The notes beneath the pieces were generated by a model. It made no database searches. It saw only the letters and a program-made list of their open reading frames with translations, and was not told where the DNA came from. A DNA stretch of 64,000 bases from an uncultured Bdellovibrio sp. (GTDB lineage: Bacteria; Bdellovibrionota; Bdellovibrionia; Bdellovibrionales; Bdellovibrionaceae), in NCBI GenBank assembly GCA_964431515.1, contig CAYSKF010000003.1, positions 164,986 through 228,985 on the forward strand. The letters run 5' to 3'. How positions within the stretch are numbered: the stretch's first letter is position 1; each line of letters begins with the position of its first letter. The position numbers and the translations under genes are program-made. Positions 28,344 to 37,680 of this stretch are shown in pieces.

Positions 28344-29843
28344 ATGGCTTTCAACTTGTTAAATAAAGAAATCGACACACTTACTTGCCCGGCCTTGGTC
28401 GTGTTTTCTAAATCTTCGGCTCAAAAAGATAAGCTCGCAAAAGTGACTCATTCTGAGTTGCACAAAAAACTTGCAGCATCTTTAGAAGATAAAGCGATCA
28501 CTGGAAAGCACCAAGAAACTGTCGCATTCCGTGAGATGAACTACAAAGGCTTCCGCCACGTCATCGTGGTGGGTCTTGGCAAAGAGGACGAAATTTCTCA
28601 TGAATCTGTTCGCCAAGCTGTTGCTGCTGCCTATGAAGGTGTGAAAGCTTTGGGAGTGAAAGAGGCTGCTCTTCACTTTGATGGTATTAGCAATGGGAAA
28701 AAAGGTCTTGCTGGGGACGCAAAAGCTGTCGCTGAAGGACTTGTACTGACTTCTTATGTTTTCAACGAACTTATGTCTTCTAAAAAAGAAGAAAAAGAAA
28801 TCGATATCCACGTAGCTACTAAATTGGCTGCAGATAAAGCAGTAAAAAATGGCTTTAACGAAGGCGTTATTCTTGGCAATTGTGTGAATTTCGCTCGTCG
28901 CCTAGGTGATATGCCAGGCAACTTGATGACTCCAACAATTCTTGCGAATTCTGCAGTTGAAGCAGCTAAAGGCACGGGCTTGAAAGTCACTGTTTGGGAC
29001 AAAGCTCGCATCAGAAAAGAAAAAATGGGTGGTCTTTTGGGCGTTTCCAATGGATCTGCTGAAGAGCCACGTTTCATCATTATGGAATACAAAGGCGCAG
29101 CCGCTTCTAAAAAGCCTGTCGCTTTTGTCGGTAAAGGTCTGACTTTCGACTGCGGTGGTATTTCAATTAAACCTTCTGCAGGCATGGAAGAGATGAAATA
29201 CGACATGTGCGGTGGCGCCAATGTCATCGGCACGATGCTAGCGATTGCAAAACTTAAATTGAAAGTGAACGTCGTTGGTCTTGTAGCATCAACAGAAAAC
29301 CTTGTAGGTCCTGCGGCAACTAAGCCAGGCGATGTTCACACAGCTCGCAATGGTAAGACTTTCGAAGTGAATAATACAGATGCTGAAGGCCGCTTAATTT
29401 TGGCTGATGCTCTTTCTTACGCTTCAGAATTGCACCCTCAAGTCATTGTAGATGCAGCAACTTTGACTGGTGCTATGGTTGTTGCTTTGGGCAACACACA
29501 CACGGGTTACTTCACTCGCAACACAGCTCTAAAAAATAAAGTTGAAAAAGCAGCTACAGAGTCTGGTGAATGGGTTTGGAACATGCCTCTTTGTGATTTC
29601 CACGTAAAAGACATGAAAGGAACATTCGCTGATCTTTCAAATATGTCTAGCGGAAAAGGTGCCGGTTCTGCTACTGCGGCAGCGTTCTTGGAGCAATTCG
29701 TAGGCGAAGGTATTCCTTGGGCACACTTTGATATCGCAGGTACTGGCTGGGCTATTGGCAATCGCTTGCCTTACTGCCCTAAAAAAGGCGCCTCTGGTGT
29801 CATGGTTCGTACTTTTGTTGAAGTTGCAAAACAGCACGCCTAG
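28344..29843 (+). CDS. pepA: Leucyl aminopeptidase (M17)
   Basis: VGKGLTFDCGG, MKYDM, NTDAEGRL and HFDIAG. Confidence 0.95.
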   Translation: MAFNLLNKEIDTLTCPALVVFSKSSAQKDKLAKVTHSELHKKLAASLEDKAITGKHQETVAFREMNYKGFRHVIVVGLGKEDEISHESVRQAVAAAYEGVKALGVKEAALHFDGISNGKKGLAGDAKAVAEGLVLTSYVFNELMSSKKEEKEIDIHVATKLAADKAVKNGFNEGVILGNCVNFARRLGDMPGNLMTPTILANSAVEAAKGTGLKVTVWDKARIRKEKMGGLLGVSNGSAEEPRFIIMEYKGAAASKKPVAFVGKGLTFDCGGISIKPSAGMEEMKYDMCGGANVIGTMLAIAKLKLKVNVVGLVASTENLVGPAATKPGDVHTARNGKTFEVNNTDAEGRLILADALSYASELHPQVIVDAATLTGAMVVALGNTHTGYFTRNTALKNKVEKAATESGEWVWNMPLCDFHVKDMKGTFADLSNMSSGKGAGSATAAAFLEQFVGEGIPWAHFDIAGTGWAIGNRLPYCPKKGASGVMVRTFVEVAKQHA

Positions 29844-29871
29844 TCACAGTTATTAAAAAATTGTAGCTATC

Positions 29872-29908
29872 AGACCCCTCATGAATGTAAATTTTTGAGG
29901 GGTTTTTT
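29872..29908 (+). terminator. Terminator-like hairpin after pepA
   Basis: ACCCCTCA/TGAGGGGT stem plus T tract. Confidence 0.55.
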
Positions 29909-30538
29909 ATGTCTGGAATAAAACAGTTAGTCGAAGGTTTCCATAAATTTAGAACTAAATATTTTGTTAAAGATACGGAGTTGTTTGAGCATCTCAATGC
30001 TGAGGGGCAAACACCTAAAACTCTCATCATAGGATGCAGTGACTCGCGCGTCGATCCCGCTCTTTTATTACAGGCAAAACCTGGTGATATCTTCGTGATC
30101 CGCAACGTCGCAAATCTAGTTCCCCCTTATGAGGTGGGCGGTGGATTTCACGGGGTCAGCTCAGCGATCGAATTTGCAGTGAACTTTTTAAAAGTCGAAA
30201 ATATTGTTGTCCTAGGCCATGAACATTGCGGCGGGATTCACGCTCTGCTCAGCAATGATCACTCACAGAACAACAGCTTTATCTCCTCCTGGGTAAAGAT
30301 CGCAGCTGAAGCAAAAATAGAAGTACTGAAAGAGCTGCCGAATGCTCCCATAAAAGAACAGCTTGATGCCTGCACTAAAAAGGCAGTTCTTATCTCTATG
30401 GAAAATTTGATGAGCTTTCCATTCATTCAAGAACGCATGAAAAATCATAGCCTCAAGTTGTATGGCTGGTTCTTTGAACTCCAAGCGGGAAAGTTGCTTG
30501 AGTTCAATTACGAAGAAAAGAAATTCCTAGAAATATAG
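29909..30538 (+). CDS. Beta-class carbonic anhydrase
   Basis: GCSDSRV, RNVAN and GHEHCGG. Confidence 0.95.
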   Translation: MSGIKQLVEGFHKFRTKYFVKDTELFEHLNAEGQTPKTLIIGCSDSRVDPALLLQAKPGDIFVIRNVANLVPPYEVGGGFHGVSSAIEFAVNFLKVENIVVLGHEHCGGIHALLSNDHSQNNSFISSWVKIAAEAKIEVLKELPNAPIKEQLDACTKKAVLISMENLMSFPFIQERMKNHSLKLYGWFFELQAGKLLEFNYEEKKFLEI

Positions 30539-30540
30539 AT

Positions 30541-31170
30541 CTACCAAGAAAGTACAACTGGATGGCCAAGCAATTGAGCCACCTCTTCACTTTCAATCAC
30601 GACAGGTGCCTGACTATCCCCTTTTAGCTGAATGCCCTTCAAAAGCCAGGTTTTAGGCCAAGACTCTGCCACGTTCGCAAACCGAATCGTCACACCAGAA
30701 CCTTCATTAAAATGAAACTCTCCATCGCCAGGGGCCTCGCCAACGATCTTTGCAATTGGCAATTGAAGAGGATTGATTCGTGCCATGTCTAAAGAAGACT
30801 CACAACGACCTTCAATTTGCATTTCCGGCTTCTCTCCACCCACAGTCATTCCTTCAGCTTCAAACGTCAAAACGACAGATCCATATGCGTGGCAAGCCAG
30901 CTTCTTTTGCCCTGCCGAATCTAAAAATACAAAGTGCCCCAATGCGATGCTGGCACCTTCAGTCGTTTTGCGTACTTCGAATCCAGTCAAAAGACGTTGT
31001 TTGATCGCCAGATTCAACTTTTCACCCTGTAAATGAGAAATATCAAACTGCCCACGAATGGCAGCAGGATCACGATTGATAAAGTTTTCGGAAGTTTTAT
31101 TTTTTAGGAAAAAGAAACCAATAGCAAAACAGACAACAAACAGACCCATCGCATTGACGAACTTACCCAT
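30541..31170 (-). CDS. Membrane-anchored hypothetical protein
   Basis: N-terminal TM helix followed by RDPAA and a beta-rich domain. Confidence 0.75.
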   Translation of the reverse strand: MGKFVNAMGLFVVCFAIGFFFLKNKTSENFINRDPAAIRGQFDISHLQGEKLNLAIKQRLLTGFEVRKTTEGASIALGHFVFLDSAGQKKLACHAYGSVVLTFEAEGMTVGGEKPEMQIEGRCESSLDMARINPLQLPIAKIVGEAPGDGEFHFNEGSGVTIRFANVAESWPKTWLLKGIQLKGDSQAPVVIESEEVAQLLGHPVVLSW

Positions 31171-31248
31171 GCATCTTTCCCCTTTCGTTCAGAATAGCAT
31201 GGGCCGAAGTTCTCGTTTGTTTTTTTAAATAACAACTGGCCTGAGGTC

Positions 31249-32487
31249 CTAAAGTTGGTAGCCTTTAAATTCGGCACCCAATTCTTTAGCTTCGTATGCG
31301 ATTGCCAGCAAACCGAGCTTAGCCGTCCAACCGTATACATTCTCTAAGGGACATCCAGGTGTGTTGATGGCTAAATCCGAAACGCAAAGACGTTTGTAGA
31401 CTGCTCCCGGACTGTTCAAACTGTCCGTAGAACTTTTTTCAGCGTGAGTTCGCAAGAACCCACCAGCCAACTCGCTTCCGATCATATAGATAACTGGCTC
31501 TGCGCTGGCACCATCGGCCTGAACGATCGATGGAATCCCTTCTTGAATGATAACTTCTTCAACGTCTCGACCGCCTTTAGCGGCTTTCATTTTCTTTCGG
31601 GACTTGTAAGACCATTCTTTGACTTCAGCACCCGAACCAACACGGATGACTGCCAACCCATAAGTTCCGGCGTTATTTTTCACAAAAACAAAAGGCTCTT
31701 GCTTGATACCCCGTTTTTCATACTCAGCTTTCAAGTAGCTGATCATCGCATCCACACGATCTGCCAACGCATTACGGCTGGCTTCGTCGGCAATATCAAA
31801 GTCTGAAAACAATTCAGTTTCAACTCGCAACAAGAACGGATCTATTTGAGTAATGGCCGCAAACTCATTCACAAGCTCATTATAGTATTTAAAATAGGTG
31901 CTTTTCTTACGCTGATACCAACCCAACTCACGTGGCGGATTCATAGCGGACTCAACCACCGTTGCCGCCCATTCTTCGTAAGCTTCTGAAAAGTCATTGT
32001 TACTGATGATTAGGTCTGGTTGAAATACATCCCACAACGGTCCCGGCTTCAGAGCTGAATGCACAATGACCTCATGTCCGCCAGCACTCGTTAGATTTAA
32101 TGGTTCTGGCAACTCACGAGGTATTGCCACTCTAACTTCACGGCCACCGGCTTCAATAAGACCCTTGATGGTATAGACGTTCTCCCAATAGAAAGCATTA
32201 TTTGTGTGTTCTTCCGTCACTAACAAGATCTTTTGGGTCTTGGCGCCGTAATGTTTGTCGATATAATTTTTCATCAACCCAACAGAAGTCTCTTTATCCG
32301 TAGGACAAATATTATTAAATCCTGCCGGAAAAATGTTGGCATCAACGTTTGAAATTTTGTAACCAGAATCACGAACGTCGTAACTGGAATAAATAGGGTA
32401 AGAAAGGTCTGCAGTTTTTGCTTTAAACCAAGCACAAATCTCATTCATATGAGCTAAAGTCTGCTTGTGTAGGACTATTTTCGCCAT
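31249..32487 (-). CDS. gshA: Glutamate--cysteine ligase (divergent ATP-grasp GshA type)
   Basis: YSSYDVRDSGYK, VDANIFPAGFNN, EEHTNNAFY, VKNNAGTYG, AEPVIY and GGFLRTH; start at 32487 with AAGGAG RBS. Confidence 0.88.
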   Translation of the reverse strand: MAKIVLHKQTLAHMNEICAWFKAKTADLSYPIYSSYDVRDSGYKISNVDANIFPAGFNNICPTDKETSVGLMKNYIDKHYGAKTQKILLVTEEHTNNAFYWENVYTIKGLIEAGGREVRVAIPRELPEPLNLTSAGGHEVIVHSALKPGPLWDVFQPDLIISNNDFSEAYEEWAATVVESAMNPPRELGWYQRKKSTYFKYYNELVNEFAAITQIDPFLLRVETELFSDFDIADEASRNALADRVDAMISYLKAEYEKRGIKQEPFVFVKNNAGTYGLAVIRVGSGAEVKEWSYKSRKKMKAAKGGRDVEEVIIQEGIPSIVQADGASAEPVIYMIGSELAGGFLRTHAEKSSTDSLNSPGAVYKRLCVSDLAINTPGCPLENVYGWTAKLGLLAIAYEAKELGAEFKGYQL

Positions 32488-32508
32488 TTGCACTCCTTCG
32501 TACAGCAT

Positions 32509-33630
32509 TTACAGATTAGGATCTTCAGAGGGAACAACTTTCGGAGGAAGAGGTATAAAGGACTTCTCCTCCGGTGGCAAGTAGCTCTCGACATGGACCC
32601 GTCCTGAACGCTTTAAACTATTGAGCTTCTGGGACTCTTCCGTCAGTGTGAGACTCTCTGGGGTGCCAAAAATGATCAGCTCAGCTTTTTTTCTAATCTC
32701 TGGTAAAAATGAATAAAAATCTTTTTCGTAAGAATTCATCTTCTGATCAGCAAGAGGTCTGAATAAATCTGCTTGATCTACCAACTCCAAAAAGGATCCC
32801 CCAGCAACGCTCAGCACTTTTGAATTGTTTTTTGCTAATTCCACTTGCTGCAGCAATGAACGATAGGTTTCCTGGAGCTGCCTAACACTTCGGGCGGACC
32901 AAGTGGGATCATCTTGCTTCAGTGACTTAATTAGATAAATCTGTACAACTTTTTGCGCTCGAACAAAGTCTTCCATTGTCGCCAGTGTCAGTTGATTCGT
33001 CGAAACACTGCCCATTTCAAAGTAGATCTTTGCAAGCCAATCGACGGCCGCTCCTCTGCCTTTTTCAATGATCACTTTTGCAACACCTTTTTCCGCTTCA
33101 TCCAAATAAGCCATCGCTTCAGCTTCACGATTTTGTCGTGCATACAGCATCGCAAGACGTGCTGGAATTTGTGCTTGAAGCACTTCCGAAGGCAAAGACC
33201 CGCCTTTTCTTCTGGCGTCTAATAGGGCAGCGACGGCTTTCAAATCATCCCCTTGCGCCTCAAAAGCAAAGGACATTCTGTACAAAGCTAAACCCGCAAT
33301 CATATTTTGATCTTTTTCTGTCTTAAAGAAAATATCGCGATACAACTGCACGGCTTCTTGGGGATATCCCATTCCTTCAAACGATTGAGCTTCTCCCAAT
33401 CTTGCGGACTCAAAATAGACTGATCTTGGAAAGCGAATTTGAAAGTCTTTGAATAAGATCCGCGCCTCTTCAAAGCGCCCTAAAGCCAAGACTTTTTCTG
33501 CATTAATAATCTCAGAAAGTTCCCGGTTTTTTTCTTCGACGAGGGCTGACTCCGAGGAACGCACGGTGGCCGGCTCCGTATGAGCACAGCCTAAGCAAAA
33601 TAACAGTGCACTCGCTAAAAAAAATCTCAT
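32509..33630 (-). CDS. TPR-repeat lipoprotein
   Basis: Lipobox CLGC; BamD/CpoB-like TPR (FQIRFPRSVYFESARL). Confidence 0.8.
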   Translation of the reverse strand: MRFFLASALLFCLGCAHTEPATVRSSESALVEEKNRELSEIINAEKVLALGRFEEARILFKDFQIRFPRSVYFESARLGEAQSFEGMGYPQEAVQLYRDIFFKTEKDQNMIAGLALYRMSFAFEAQGDDLKAVAALLDARRKGGSLPSEVLQAQIPARLAMLYARQNREAEAMAYLDEAEKGVAKVIIEKGRGAAVDWLAKIYFEMGSVSTNQLTLATMEDFVRAQKVVQIYLIKSLKQDDPTWSARSVRQLQETYRSLLQQVELAKNNSKVLSVAGGSFLELVDQADLFRPLADQKMNSYEKDFYSFLPEIRKKAELIIFGTPESLTLTEESQKLNSLKRSGRVHVESYLPPEEKSFIPLPPKVVPSEDPNL

Positions 33631-34706
33631 GCTTTTGCTTCACCTTCTACAATCAACTGACTCAGTTTTTCCAAGCCCTGAATATCAGAGATGTCTTTCA
33701 CCAGATCAGGAATTCGAAATACGTGGACTTGATTTTTGATCTTAGCCTCAAACTGACGATAAATCAGATCCTTTTGTGAAAAGTAGGACCTCATTTTTTC
33801 GTAGAGTTCCCCCAATTCCTTCTCAGAACCGTCGGTCTTCCAGGCCGAACTTAAGTCTAGCCAATATGGAAAGACCCTGTTCAAGACGACCGCACTAAGA
33901 TGATAACCGCCCTTGTTAATCTCTCTGGCAAAGTACTCAGCCTCTTTGAGTTTTGCTTGATCAAAAGAAGTAACTAAGCAAAATTTTGTCGTTGGTGCCA
34001 CCAACATGCGGTGCACATCCACTGTTCGTTTAAGAAGCTGAGCTTGCCACTTTTCGATATTAACAAAGAAATCACTCAACTCGTGAATAAAGGTAGAGCC
34101 AGTTAACATCTCTAGCACTTTCAAAACTTGGCGAGTACTGGCCTGCAAAATATTGCTAAAAAACCCCGCTTTTTTCCCTTCCGGATCGCGAAACCACTTT
34201 GCAACTCCTTCAGTGAAAAGAGCTGATAATTTTTGTGGTGCATGCAAAAAGTCAATCGCATGCTTTGTCGGTGGAGTATCTAGAATAATTAAATCAAACT
34301 GTTGAGACTCATAACAAGAATACAACTTCTCTAAAGACGTGAATTCCTGTGATCCACTTAAGTTCGTTGAAAGCTGTTGATAAAGTTTGTTGCGATAGAT
34401 CTTTTCAATAGCCTCTGACTTCAAAGCCGCCCGTGCCACAAAATCGTCAAAAGTTTTTTTATGATCAATCACAGAGGCATAAAGCTCACCGGAAAAATTT
34501 TGCCCGGGAGCTTTTGTGATGTCTTTTGCGCCCTCAATACCTAATGTTTGCGCTAGACGCCTTGCCGGATCAATAGTTAAGACAAGAACTTTCTTACCTT
34601 CTTTGGCTGCTAAAACACCCAATGAAGCTGCGACAGTGGTTTTACCAACACCTCCACTGCCAACACAAACAAGAACCTTCACATTTTCAAAAATTGGATT
34701 TGTCAT
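33627..34706 (-). CDS. ArsA/Get3-family ATPase (BagB/Rv3680-like subunit)
   Basis: CVGSGGVGKTT, LTIDPARRLA and ILDTPPT; likely start 34706. Confidence 0.85.
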   Translation of the reverse strand: MTNPIFENVKVLVCVGSGGVGKTTVAASLGVLAAKEGKKVLVLTIDPARRLAQTLGIEGAKDITKAPGQNFSGELYASVIDHKKTFDDFVARAALKSEAIEKIYRNKLYQQLSTNLSGSQEFTSLEKLYSCYESQQFDLIILDTPPTKHAIDFLHAPQKLSALFTEGVAKWFRDPEGKKAGFFSNILQASTRQVLKVLEMLTGSTFIHELSDFFVNIEKWQAQLLKRTVDVHRMLVAPTTKFCLVTSFDQAKLKEAEYFAREINKGGYHLSAVVLNRVFPYWLDLSSAWKTDGSEKELGELYEKMRSYFSQKDLIYRQFEAKIKNQVHVFRIPDLVKDISDIQGLEKLSQLIVEGEAKA

Positions 34707-35572
34707 TGTAGAGCCTCGGCAATCTGCTCCACGAGGGGCCAAGCTTTAGATTCAAACTTCAATGGCAAAGTCTGCACTCTGCTCGTCACAGATTTTACTT
34801 TGCTCAGCATTTCACTTTGGTGACTTAGCTGATAATCAATATAACTTGCGAATCGCCCAAGATCTGAAGTGTCAGTTTGCGCTTGTGCCAAAGTTTCGTG
34901 AGAAATATTAGTTTGCAGAACTTTGTTAACTATAATTTCTGCTGCTATATCGAAATCCAACTGCAATTTTTCTCTGAGCTCCAGCGCTTCCTTTACAGGC
35001 AGTTCTTCTGGTAAAGTCACAATGTGAAATTGACAAAGAGAAGCATCACGAATGCAGGCATCGATACTACGACTCTGCTCTCCCATCGGTCCAAATTGTA
35101 TCGCTTGGGCCATACCACTTGGCGCCCCCAAAAGAGCTAGAAAATGGCCGGTGGCAAAAGCGTCTACGACCAAACAATCGAATGGCAAAGGAGGACCATG
35201 TTTACGCGGGCCACTTGTGACTTTGCCCAGAATCGCCAACTCTGACAAACCGGGAGCAACACTGACAAAAGCTTTCATCACAGCGTTCTCAAAAAATAAT
35301 TTTGCCAAGCTTTCTACTTTGATGAGATGTCGAGCATACTCTTGGAGGCAGGTTTCCCCGGTCCAAAGGGCAACAGATAAATTAGGCTGCAAACTTTTTG
35401 CCTGAAATCCAACGGAATTCAGTTCAAAAAAATCTTGGAAAAAGCTTTGATCACCCAGCTCAACCAGAAGGACTTTTTTCCCTTCTCGTGCCTTTTTTAA
35501 GGCCAGAGCAGCGGCAACCACCGACTTCCCCACCCCACCTTTTCCGGTAACGAAGTGAATTTCTTGTTTCAT
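34703..35572 (-). CDS. ArsA/Get3-family ATPase (BagA/Rv3679-like subunit)
   Basis: VTGKGGVGKS, APGLSEL, VVDAFATGH and VTLPEELPV; likely start 35572. Confidence 0.85.
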   Translation of the reverse strand: MKQEIHFVTGKGGVGKSVVAAALALKKAREGKKVLLVELGDQSFFQDFFELNSVGFQAKSLQPNLSVALWTGETCLQEYARHLIKVESLAKLFFENAVMKAFVSVAPGLSELAILGKVTSGPRKHGPPLPFDCLVVDAFATGHFLALLGAPSGMAQAIQFGPMGEQSRSIDACIRDASLCQFHIVTLPEELPVKEALELREKLQLDFDIAAEIIVNKVLQTNISHETLAQAQTDTSDLGRFASYIDYQLSHQSEMLSKVKSVTSRVQTLPLKFESKAWPLVEQIAEALQ

Positions 35573-35684
35573 AGGTGCCTTGAGTGTCGCCGAGCTGGCA
35601 AATATAGGCATTACGCGATGCGATAGCGTTGCCATCAGACGGGTCCTCCCTTAAAATCCACCAGTTTTATTAGGAGAAACAGAC

Positions 35685-36998
35685 ATGAAAACTAATGTAG
35701 AAAAAGTCTCTAATCTTTCGCGTAAGCTGACTATCGAAGTTCCTGCGGCCTCTGTCCAAACAGCTTTCCAAAAAATCTTTAGCGGACTGCAAAAAGAAGT
35801 AACAATCAAAGGCTTCCGTAAAGGTAAAGCTCCGATCACAACAATCAAAAGTCTTTACGGCGATCGCGTAAAACAAGACGTTGTTCAAGATTTAATTCAA
35901 AAGCATTATTCTGAAGCCTTGAGCGAGCACAAGCTTGAGCCGATCAGCTATCCTGAGTTTGAATTTGCTGATTTGCATGAAAACAAAGATTTCTCTTTCT
36001 CGGCAAATTTTGACATCCGTCCAGAAGTGAACTTGAAAAAATATGAAGGCCTAGAAGTCGAAAAAGAAAAGCTAGAGTTCGACAACTCTAAAGTTGAGCA
36101 AGTATTGGAAAACATCCGCGCTTCTCGCGCAACTTTTGAAACTGTCACTGAAGCTCGCGCTGCGAAACTTGGTGACGTTGCAGTTATCGATTTCGAAGGT
36201 TTCATGAATGGTGCTCCTCTTGAAAATGGTGCTGGCACAAACCACCACTTAGAACTAGGCGCAAAACAGTTCATCGACGGTTTCGAAGACGCAATCGTAG
36301 GCATGAAAACTGGTGAGACAAAAACTGTTTCTTTGAAGTTCCCAGATCCATACCACTCTGCAGAGCTAGCTGGAAAGCCAGTTGAGTTCAAAGTGACTTT
36401 GAACGAAATCAAAGCAAAAGTTCTTCCTGAATTGAATGAAGAGTTTTTGGCAACTTTGGGTGGACCAAAAGATCTTGAAACTTTGAAAGCAAATATCGCT
36501 GAAGATCTACAAAAAACAGAACAAAAGCGTATCGATGATGGTTTCAAAAATCGTTTGTTGAAAACATTGGTTAAAGAAAATCCAGTTGAAGTTCCAGCTT
36601 CTTTGCTAAAAGAGCAAAAAGCTTCTTTGATCGAGGACTTCAAAAAACGTATGACTGATCAAGGTATGGGACCAAATGATTTCGCCTCTTACGTTGAAAA
36701 GTGGGATGGAGATTTCGCCAATACAGCAGCGGAAATGATTCAATCATCATTCTTGGTTGATGCGATTGCAAAGAAACACGATCTATTCTGCAAAAAGGAA
36801 GATCTTGATGCTAAGTTTGCTGAATACGCACAACAAACAGGTATCGAAGAATCACGCATTCGTGAATTCTACGGTCGCCCAGAACAAGCAAGCCGCCTTA
36901 CTTACATGATTACTGAAGAGAAAGTGATCGCTTTCTTGAACAAGTCTGTAAAAGTAAAAGAAGTTCCAGCTGGAACATTCAAAGAAGAAGCTAACTAA
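35685..36998 (+). CDS. tig: Trigger factor
   Basis: GFRKGKAP ribosome-binding motif; FKBP domain (IDFEG, FIDGFE, FPDPYH). Confidence 0.96.
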   Translation: MKTNVEKVSNLSRKLTIEVPAASVQTAFQKIFSGLQKEVTIKGFRKGKAPITTIKSLYGDRVKQDVVQDLIQKHYSEALSEHKLEPISYPEFEFADLHENKDFSFSANFDIRPEVNLKKYEGLEVEKEKLEFDNSKVEQVLENIRASRATFETVTEARAAKLGDVAVIDFEGFMNGAPLENGAGTNHHLELGAKQFIDGFEDAIVGMKTGETKTVSLKFPDPYHSAELAGKPVEFKVTLNEIKAKVLPELNEEFLATLGGPKDLETLKANIAEDLQKTEQKRIDDGFKNRLLKTLVKENPVEVPASLLKEQKASLIEDFKKRMTDQGMGPNDFASYVEKWDGDFANTAAEMIQSSFLVDAIAKKHDLFCKKEDLDAKFAEYAQQTGIEESRIREFYGRPEQASRLTYMITEEKVIAFLNKSVKVKEVPAGTFKEEAN

Positions 36999-37017
36999 AA
37001 TAGCTTCTCATTAGGGC

Positions 37018-37052
37018 AAAAAAAGAGCGGCTTATAAGGTCGCTCTTTTTTT
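37018..37052. terminator. Bidirectional terminator
   Basis: AAAAAAAGAGCG...CGCTCTTTTTTT. Confidence 0.85.
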
Positions 37053-37620
37053 ATCGGCAGTTTCTATACTCTGCAAAATATTTCTGACAAATTGAGTACT
37101 GCGAGTTGCAGTCGTTGACATCCGTTGAGTTGTAATGAGCCAAGGGACAAGAACGTGCGCTTCCGCGCTTCACGGTTACGACAAATTGATCCCCTCTTGA
37201 GGTCTCAGCAGAACGTCCTGAGGCATAAAGTCGATAACGAACAGTATTTCGGCCATATTCCAACAAAGGCTTTTGAAAAATTGTCGAAATCCACAAATTT
37301 AAAGGTGAACGACTTTTTCCGCTTCTTCCGTCATAGTCTTCTGTCTTAGTTCTTGATGATCCATCTTCATGGATTGCCGTCAATTCAACTGTATCAGCAT
37401 AACTATCTTGTGGACCGACAAAAAAATCATAAGCTTGCGGGTCTAATGCGATGTCACGGCAAGTATAAACCGCACTATTATTGCCGTTAAATCCCGCACA
37501 AGTGACTTGCACCTGCCCCTGAATGGGTGTGGCAACCAAATCATTGCCCAAAGAAAAGCCGACTGGTGCTGCATAAGCTGAAGAGCAGGTTGTTAAAACA
37601 AAGATGATACTCTTTAACAT
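37051..37620 (-). CDS. Secreted Cys-rich hypothetical protein
   Basis: Signal peptide MLKSIIFVLTTCSSAYA; six Cys in the mature part. Confidence 0.75.
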   Translation of the reverse strand: MLKSIIFVLTTCSSAYAAPVGFSLGNDLVATPIQGQVQVTCAGFNGNNSAVYTCRDIALDPQAYDFFVGPQDSYADTVELTAIHEDGSSRTKTEDYDGRSGKSRSPLNLWISTIFQKPLLEYGRNTVRYRLYASGRSAETSRGDQFVVTVKRGSARSCPLAHYNSTDVNDCNSQYSICQKYFAEYRNCR

Positions 37621-37680
37621 GAAAGGCCCCCTCTGCCTTAGGCATGGCAGAGTAGGGCGTTCAAATTGCAGAAGCAATAA

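Noticed and set aside
33627..35572. Arsenic resistance operon
   Set aside because: No arsB, acr3, arsC, arsD or arsR, and no ArsA metal-binding Cys pattern.
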